Source of the DNA: a virus
Lineage: Duplodnaviria; Caudoviricetes
DNA: 64,000 bases
Direction: 5' to 3' (one strand)
IMG/VR virus record: IMGVR_UViG_3300037067_009225
Span: 1-64,000 of that record
The position numbers and the translations under genes were made by a program. Below the pieces are notes generated by a model. That model ran no database searches, had not been told where the DNA came from, and saw only the letters and a program-made list of their open reading frames with translations. Shown in pieces: positions 58,584 to 64,000 of this stretch. Within the stretch, counting starts at the first letter, position 1, and each line of letters opens with the position of its first letter.

Positions 58584-58969
58584 AATATTGATTTTATTTT
58601 CTTAACTCTATAAAAATTTTTAATATCATTTTCGTCAGAACTATTAGGGTATTTCATTTTTAATAAAAGAACAGTAATTCTAATTAATAAATATATTGGC
58701 ATTAAAAAAGGAAAAAATACTATTATTGTTTTAAAATTACTATTAAAATTAGCCTTATATAAACAAAAAAAAGAAATTATATACCACGAAGCCCAAAACA
58801 GTTGAAATAATGATATAAATAAATCTTTTTCTCCATAAAAGAAAAGAATAATTATTGGAGAAAATGAAATAATAACAGATGATATTATTAAAGTTGGTAA
58901 AATTGCTGATAATTTTTTTTGAACTTTACCACCTATTTCAACAGTTTTTATTAAAAAAATATTTTTCAT
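58580..58969 (-). CDS. membrane protein, paralog pair D, RxxK tag
   Basis: FFPFL.PIY..KYPNS.DE..KNF.R.KKIK shared with 59423 ORF. Confidence 0.65.
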   Translation of the reverse strand: MKNIFLIKTVEIGGKVQKKLSAILPTLIISSVIISFSPIIILFFYGEKDLFISLFQLFWASWYIISFFCLYKANFNSNFKTIIVFFPFLMPIYLLIRITVLLLKMKYPNSSDENDIKNFYRVKKIKSIL

Positions 58970-59469
58970 ATAATTGATATATTATTTATAATTTTTTGCA
59001 TTTTTAGAAATCGTTTAATATTATTATCATATTTTATAAACATATTTGAGTTTAAATAATTAGAATATGTATAATAACCATAATAATGTTTATGAGGTAA
59101 TTCAACTTTTATTTTTAAATCTATATTTTGACTTTTTGTAAATGATTCAAAATCTTCAATGATATAAACCTCACCTATAATTAGTCTATTATCGCCATAA
59201 TTATCAACACATAAAACTTTATCACCAGCTTCAATATTTCTTCTATTTAATATTAATTTATTATTATATGTATTTTCATCAATATTTGTTTCATCTTCTT
59301 TAACAAAAACAGTTTTAGAATATTTTTTTGAATATCCTATTAAATATAAATTATCATTATTAATTTTTGAAACAATATATTTATTGTTTAAAACTAATTC
59401 TTTATAGTTATATATGTTATCTTTATATATGACTATCATATAATTTTTTAATTTTTTTAATTCTTTCAA
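58966..59469 (-). CDS. hypothetical protein, RxxK tag (RFLKMQKII)
   Basis: ORF; GDKVLCVD SH3-like segment. Confidence 0.55.
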   Translation of the reverse strand: MKELKKLKNYMIVIYKDNIYNYKELVLNNKYIVSKINNDNLYLIGYSKKYSKTVFVKEDETNIDENTYNNKLILNRRNIEAGDKVLCVDNYGDNRLIIGEVYIIEDFESFTKSQNIDLKIKVELPHKHYYGYYTYSNYLNSNMFIKYDNNIKRFLKMQKIINNISII

Positions 59470-59833
59470 AATTTTTTAAATACTCTTCATCGTCACTATT
59501 TGGATATTTACTTTTTAAATATTTAACTAATAATTTTGTTGATACATATATAGGAAATAAAAATGGGAAAAAACACACTATAATTAAAAAATTATATTTA
59601 AAATGTCTTTTAAAACTATAAAGTATAAATATAGAAAGGTATACCCATAAATAAATAAATAAATAAAAATATTTAATTATATCATTATCAATTTGTATAA
59701 TATTATTCGGGGTGCTGAACAAAAAAATAACATAAATAACCATAAATATATAAATAAATTTACGATATTTATAAAATTTTCTTTCAACTTCACCACTAAT
59801 ATTCAAATTTGGTATATTAAAAGGATCAAACAT
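59423..59833 (-). CDS. membrane protein, paralog pair D, RxxK tag
   Basis: same motifs as 58580 ORF. Confidence 0.65.
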   Translation of the reverse strand: MFDPFNIPNLNISGEVERKFYKYRKFIYIFMVIYVIFLFSTPNNIIQIDNDIIKYFYLFIYLWVYLSIFILYSFKRHFKYNFLIIVCFFPFLFPIYVSTKLLVKYLKSKYPNSDDEEYLKNFERIKKIKKLYDSHI

Positions 59834-60168
59834 TATAGTATATTTTTAATTTTTTTAATTCTAATATATTTATTATATTCTTCTTTTGAAAATATTTTAT
59901 CACATTTTTTACATATATATGAATGATAAATTTTATCGTAATATATTTTATGATTAAAAATTTTACATCCTATGATTTTATTATATGGTTTTATAAAATT
60001 ATCAATAATGAAATAATATCTAACATCTTTATAAAAAAATATATTTTTCAATAAAGATAATACAGATATTAATTTAATTAAAGTCAAATTATTATAAAAT
60101 AAAGACAACTTATTATATGTTATTCTTGGATCACACCACCAATCATATATTGAAAAATTTTCTCTCAA
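59833..60168 (-). CDS. paralog family E (C..H...CxxC zinc motif), RxxK tag
   Basis: MRENFSI..WW; CKIFNH..CKKC; RIKKIKNIL. Confidence 0.65.
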   Translation of the reverse strand: MRENFSIYDWWCDPRITYNKLSLFYNNLTLIKLISVLSLLKNIFFYKDVRYYFIIDNFIKPYNKIIGCKIFNHKIYYDKIYHSYICKKCDKIFSKEEYNKYIRIKKIKNIL

Positions 60169-60512
60169 AATAAACTTTTAATTTTTTTAATTCTAATATA
60201 TTTATTATAATTTTCTATTGTAATTTCTTTACCACATCTAAAACACTTATATGTGTAACTTATTTCATTAAATGTATATTTATGATTAAAAATTTTACAT
60301 TTAAAATTTAAAAAAGGTTGTTTAAAATTATCATATATAAATAATTCTCTTTCATAATTATATCTAATGACTTTTTTTAATAATTTTAAAACAGATGATA
60401 GTCTAATAAAAAACACTTTTAATTTTATATTAGATTTATATTGTGTATGATCAATTGTATATAAGTATCTTGGGTGTTTCCACCAATTTAATATAGAAAA
60501 ACTTTCTCTCAA
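60165..60512 (-). CDS. paralog family E, RxxK tag
   Basis: MRESFSILNWW; CKIFNH..CFRC. Confidence 0.65.
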   Translation of the reverse strand: MRESFSILNWWKHPRYLYTIDHTQYKSNIKLKVFFIRLSSVLKLLKKVIRYNYERELFIYDNFKQPFLNFKCKIFNHKYTFNEISYTYKCFRCGKEITIENYNKYIRIKKIKSLF

Positions 60513-60850
60513 AATATACTTTTAATTTTTTTAATTCTAATGTAATTATTATAGGTTTCTCTTGATATTTCTTTATTACATCTAAAACATGTACACGTAT
60601 TTGTATCATCAAATATATATTCATGATGAGATAAATAACATCTTAATTTTTTAATAGGATAAATAAAATTATCTGTTATAAAATATTTTCTTTCATAATT
60701 ACTTATAATAACCTTTTTAAATAAATATAAAATTGATAATATTTTAATAAGATATTTATTTCGATATTTATATTTTCCTTCTTTTTTATTGAAATACATA
60801 ATACATTTTGGGTATCTCCACCAGTTTAATATAGAAAAACTTTCTCTCAT
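60509..60850 (-). CDS. paralog family E, RxxK tag
   Basis: MRESFSILNWW; CYLSHH..CFRC. Confidence 0.65.
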   Translation of the reverse strand: MRESFSILNWWRYPKCIMYFNKKEGKYKYRNKYLIKILSILYLFKKVIISNYERKYFITDNFIYPIKKLRCYLSHHEYIFDDTNTCTCFRCNKEISRETYNNYIRIKKIKSIF

Positions 60851-61053
60851 AATATGTTTTTAATTTTTCTTTTTCTTATGTAAGATTTATATTCATCTTT
60901 TGTTATTTTTTTATAACATTTGAAACATAAATAAAAAGGTTTTTCTAAATTTCCAACATTTTTATAATCATGTCCAAAAAAATAACATAAAATTTTATTA
61001 AGTTTTTTCCTTATTATAAAAATAATATTCAATCTGAAATTATTCATCATCAT
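60847..61053 (-). CDS. paralog family E (DUF1660-like), RxxK tag
   Basis: LCYFFGHDY..CFKC; RKRKIKNIL. Confidence 0.6.
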   Translation of the reverse strand: MMMNNFRLNIIFIIRKKLNKILCYFFGHDYKNVGNLEKPFYLCFKCYKKITKDEYKSYIRKRKIKNIL

Positions 61054-62002
61054 CTTCTGTCACATCATCTTCGGTTAAATAATGTATTAATGCTTCTCTC
61101 ATGGTTTTTTTCCATTTATCTTTTGATATAAATAAAGTCATATTCATATCAATTGGATCATCTTGAAAAGATACATCTTGAAATGCATCAGCAGTTACAG
61201 CAAAGAAACCATTATCATCATATAAAATATTAGGTGCTTCACCAAGTTGTGTTAAACTCTCAATAATAAAATCAATAGGTAACATTTCTTTATTTTTAAG
61301 AATTATATTTCTAACTTCATTACCTAATGAATCTATTTCTTTTGGTTCTTCCATTTTATATTTATATGTATTTTCATCATATGATTCCTGATATAAATCA
61401 TAAAATTCTTTTCTTTTTTTAATTATAATATTTATTTCATTCATTACTAATGAAATATTATGAGCATCAATGAAATTAACTAAACCATCAAGTTCATTCC
61501 ACATATCTTTAAACCAATCTTTCTTTTTTAAGAAAAATCTGAATATTTGATATTCACTAACATACATATCATATTTATTTGAAGAAAGATTTTTATTTTT
61601 TTCTTGCAATGAAAATGTTATGTTAGCTAATCTATCACAAAGTTTAACAAAAATAGATTCATAAGTGGATGCAGTTTTAGGTAAAGTTTTAAGCATTTTT
61701 TCTTTTCTACTTTTACCAAATTCATCAGTAACATTAGCTACTATATCTGCAGATTTTAAACCAATTAATTTAACAACATCATTATATGAATGATGACCTT
61801 CTTCCATTATATCATGAAACCATATGGCTTTTTCTACTTCTTCAATATTTTCTTTTTTAATATAGTGTTTATATTTTTCAAAAAAACTATGAACCATATT
61901 TAAATGTACAGAATAATCCATAGTTTCTGTTTCATTACCATAAACACTACCACATTCTTTGTGGATTTTAAATGCTAATAATCTTACTTCTTCTGTATTC
62001 AT
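61040..62002 (-). CDS. HD-domain hydrolase (RelA/SpoT hydrolase, Mesh1-like) with extra C-terminal domain
   Basis: YSVHL, WFHDIMEE, VTD, VKLCDRLAN. Confidence 0.75.
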   Translation of the reverse strand: MNTEEVRLLAFKIHKECGSVYGNETETMDYSVHLNMVHSFFEKYKHYIKKENIEEVEKAIWFHDIMEEGHHSYNDVVKLIGLKSADIVANVTDEFGKSRKEKMLKTLPKTASTYESIFVKLCDRLANITFSLQEKNKNLSSNKYDMYVSEYQIFRFFLKKKDWFKDMWNELDGLVNFIDAHNISLVMNEINIIIKKRKEFYDLYQESYDENTYKYKMEEPKEIDSLGNEVRNIILKNKEMLPIDFIIESLTQLGEAPNILYDDNGFFAVTADAFQDVSFQDDPIDMNMTLFISKDKWKKTMREALIHYLTEDDVTEDDDE

Positions 62003-62094
62003 ATAATATTTTATTTAATATTTTAAATATAGCAAAAATATTTTAAAAACCAATAAATAAAAGAAAAAACCACTAAATATTTAGTGGTAGTTCA

Positions 62095-62325
62095 TTATCT
62101 ATATTTTTTAATTAATTTGAATATTTCTTTTAAGTCTGTAAAAACTAATTCTTGATTTTCTCTTATTGGATAAAAAGCTATGGTAAAACCATGTTCAGAT
62201 TTAAATTTTTCTGTAATTTTTTTATCATTAATATAATCAATATAAATCCAAGGAAAATTACTTGATAATTTTATATCTATATTGATTTTTTTTAATCTAT
62301 TAACAAAAATATCTAATTTTTCCAT
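62095..62325 (-). CDS. hypothetical phage protein
   Basis: NFPWIYID..EKF..HGFTIAF. Confidence 0.6.
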   Translation of the reverse strand: MEKLDIFVNRLKKINIDIKLSSNFPWIYIDYINDKKITEKFKSEHGFTIAFYPIRENQELVFTDLKEIFKLIKKYR

Positions 62326-62330
62326 AAATA

Positions 62331-63458
62331 TTATTTATTAAATTCATCTTTATCTGTACTTTTATACCAATTTGTAAAATATTTTTTATAAACTTCTTTC
62401 AAATCTTCTAATGTAATAGATTCAATATTATATTCTAAATTCCATTCATTTGGTGATATAAAATCTGACACATTACGATATCTATTTATTTCTCTTTTTT
62501 TAAATTTTGTTAAATACATATCTTTTATAAGATCAAAACGCTCTTTTGTTAAAAAAGTTTCTGGTTTATTTAAAAGATTATCAAGAGTTTCTTTAAACAA
62601 ATTAACATTATTATTTGATGTTAATGATGATATATTAATAAAACCAGATGCATCACTTTTCTTATCAAGATAACAATGAACATAATAAACTAAACCACGT
62701 TTTTCTCTTAATTCAATATATAATGGGGATTTTAAACCAAGACCTAACATATCAGTTATAAAACTAACTGAAACAAAATCATTAGTAACAACATTTGATA
62801 AATATATAATTGATGTTTTATCTTTAAATTCATTAGATTTTTGAAGTGTATAATCATTATCTTTTAAATAACGATATATTTTATTTAATTTTTCTGTTGG
62901 TTTTGAAAAATTAAGAACTTTTTCGTATTTAAAATCTTTTGATACATTTATAATCATAGTTGGATTTTTATATTGTATCTCAAAATAATCTAAACAATCT
63001 TGATATGTTAATTTTTTCAAGTCACCTAATTCACCAATTGGGCCATATGTATTAAAAAGTTTTCTAAAAAGATTTTCACTATGACATTCTGTTTGTTCGT
63101 TGAATGAATTTTCATATTCTTCTATAACAATTTGTTTTTCATTTTTAAATTGTTCTTCTGTAACATTAAATTTACTCATTAAATCAACAACAACATCTCT
63201 ATATTTAGAAAGTTTTTCTTCCAAACCTTGGAAATAAAAAACTACAACATCATCTGCTGTATAAGCGTTCCAATCTATACCATTCTGGTCAAATTCTTCT
63301 AATAAATGATCAAAGTTCTTGCAGCAAAGATGTTCCATCAAATGGGAGATGCCCCTTATGCCAACTTTTTCATTTAAAACACTACCTTTATAAACTAAAT
63401 AGAATCCAGATAATTCAGTTGGATTTTTTAAATTTAAAATTTTTTGATAATTATTCAT
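62331..63458 (-). CDS. M16 (insulinase-family) zinc peptidase
   Basis: GISHLMEH (HxxEH), NAYT, ELREKRGLVY. Confidence 0.88.
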   Translation of the reverse strand: MNNYQKILNLKNPTELSGFYLVYKGSVLNEKVGIRGISHLMEHLCCKNFDHLLEEFDQNGIDWNAYTADDVVVFYFQGLEEKLSKYRDVVVDLMSKFNVTEEQFKNEKQIVIEEYENSFNEQTECHSENLFRKLFNTYGPIGELGDLKKLTYQDCLDYFEIQYKNPTMIINVSKDFKYEKVLNFSKPTEKLNKIYRYLKDNDYTLQKSNEFKDKTSIIYLSNVVTNDFVSVSFITDMLGLGLKSPLYIELREKRGLVYYVHCYLDKKSDASGFINISSLTSNNNVNLFKETLDNLLNKPETFLTKERFDLIKDMYLTKFKKREINRYRNVSDFISPNEWNLEYNIESITLEDLKEVYKKYFTNWYKSTDKDEFNK

Positions 63459-63505
63459 CTTTTTAATTATTTTTTGATATATATTATAAATATAGGTTAT
63501 ATATT

Positions 63506-64000
63506 ATGGAAAATCAAAAAAGTTTAATAATTTATTTTTCAATAGGTAATAATAGTGGTAAAAAATCAAGAGAATATTGGTTAAAAGAAAATAATTTTAT
63601 TTTATATTCAAAAATAATAAATTTTTGTTTAGAAAATAATTTAGATAATATATCATTTAAGCAAAAAATATATCATTTTGTTTATAATTTAAAAACAATA
63701 CCAGTTTGTTTAACTTGCGGAAAAGAAGTTAAATATTTAAGATTTAAATCAGGTTATCAAAAACACTGTTGTGAATTTTGTGCTAATAACAGTAAAATAA
63801 GTAAAGAAAAATGGAAAAAATCTTATAATGAAAATAAACAAAACCATAATATTAAAAATAAAAGAGATGCTACGGTAATTAAAAAATATGGTGATGTTGA
63901 AACATATCAAAAAATATTAAATGAAAAAAGAATTTCAAAAACATTAGAAAAATATAATTGTCAATATTATTTTCAAACTGATGAATTTAAAAAGAATAGG
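63506..64000 (+). CDS. homing-type endonuclease, 5' part (truncated)
   Basis: ATG 63506; PVCLTCG..YQKHCCEFC; KKYG and EKY repeats like ORF 20111. Confidence 0.6.
   Translation, partial: MENQKSLIIYFSIGNNSGKKSREYWLKENNFILYSKIINFCLENNLDNISFKQKIYHFVYNLKTIPVCLTCGKEVKYLRFKSGYQKHCCEFCANNSKISKEKWKKSYNENKQNHNIKNKRDATVIKKYGDVETYQKILNEKRISKTLEKYNCQYYFQTDEFKKNR

Noticed and set aside
1-64000. Stop-codon reassignment as in Lak or some crAss-like phages
   Set aside because: Long conserved genes are intact in the standard code, and TAG and TGA terminate genes normally (e.g. 42098, 40703)
1-64000. tRNA or rRNA genes
   Set aside because: No cloverleaf with a T-loop consensus or rRNA-like GC-rich segment was seen by eye; tRNAscan-SE would confirm

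Overview
Very AT-rich, gene-dense segment of a large (jumbo/huge) dsDNA phage genome in the standard genetic code. The host is most likely Bacteroidota: many TAnnTTTG -7 promoters, almost no Shine-Dalgarno sites, and Bacteroidota-type sigma factor, thioredoxin, ClpP and bS21. Recognisable genes: three DNA methyltransferases, glutamine-dependent NadE, a fused SbcD-SbcC (Mre11-Rad50), amidase plus GH19 lysins, a GH16, sigma70, the C-terminal half of a split family-B DNA polymerase, macrodomain, thioredoxin, DUF2201-vWA/AAA pair, rpsU, PolB-like exonuclease, Rnl1 and RtcB RNA ligases, a lone response regulator, ADP-ribosyltransferase-like proteins, ClpP, an HD hydrolase, an M16 peptidase and several homing-type endonucleases. 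The most unusual features are structural. (1) At 1-2460 there is an array of single-gene cassettes separated by attC-like hairpins. Each cassette is bounded by its own 14-16 bp inverted repeat with a mismatch at the same position, and the two methyltransferase cassettes also carry a private inner 18 bp inverted repeat. (2) About 35 mostly unrelated proteins share a C-terminal R-x-x-K-[ILM]-x-x-[IL] tag, while about 17 others carry an N-terminal T4-CTS-like leader. The two sets do not overlap and track different promoter classes. (3) Three promoter classes can be read directly: TAnnTTTG, AAAC-N18-TATAA and TAATATATA. All assignments come from reading motifs by eye; no database search was run.
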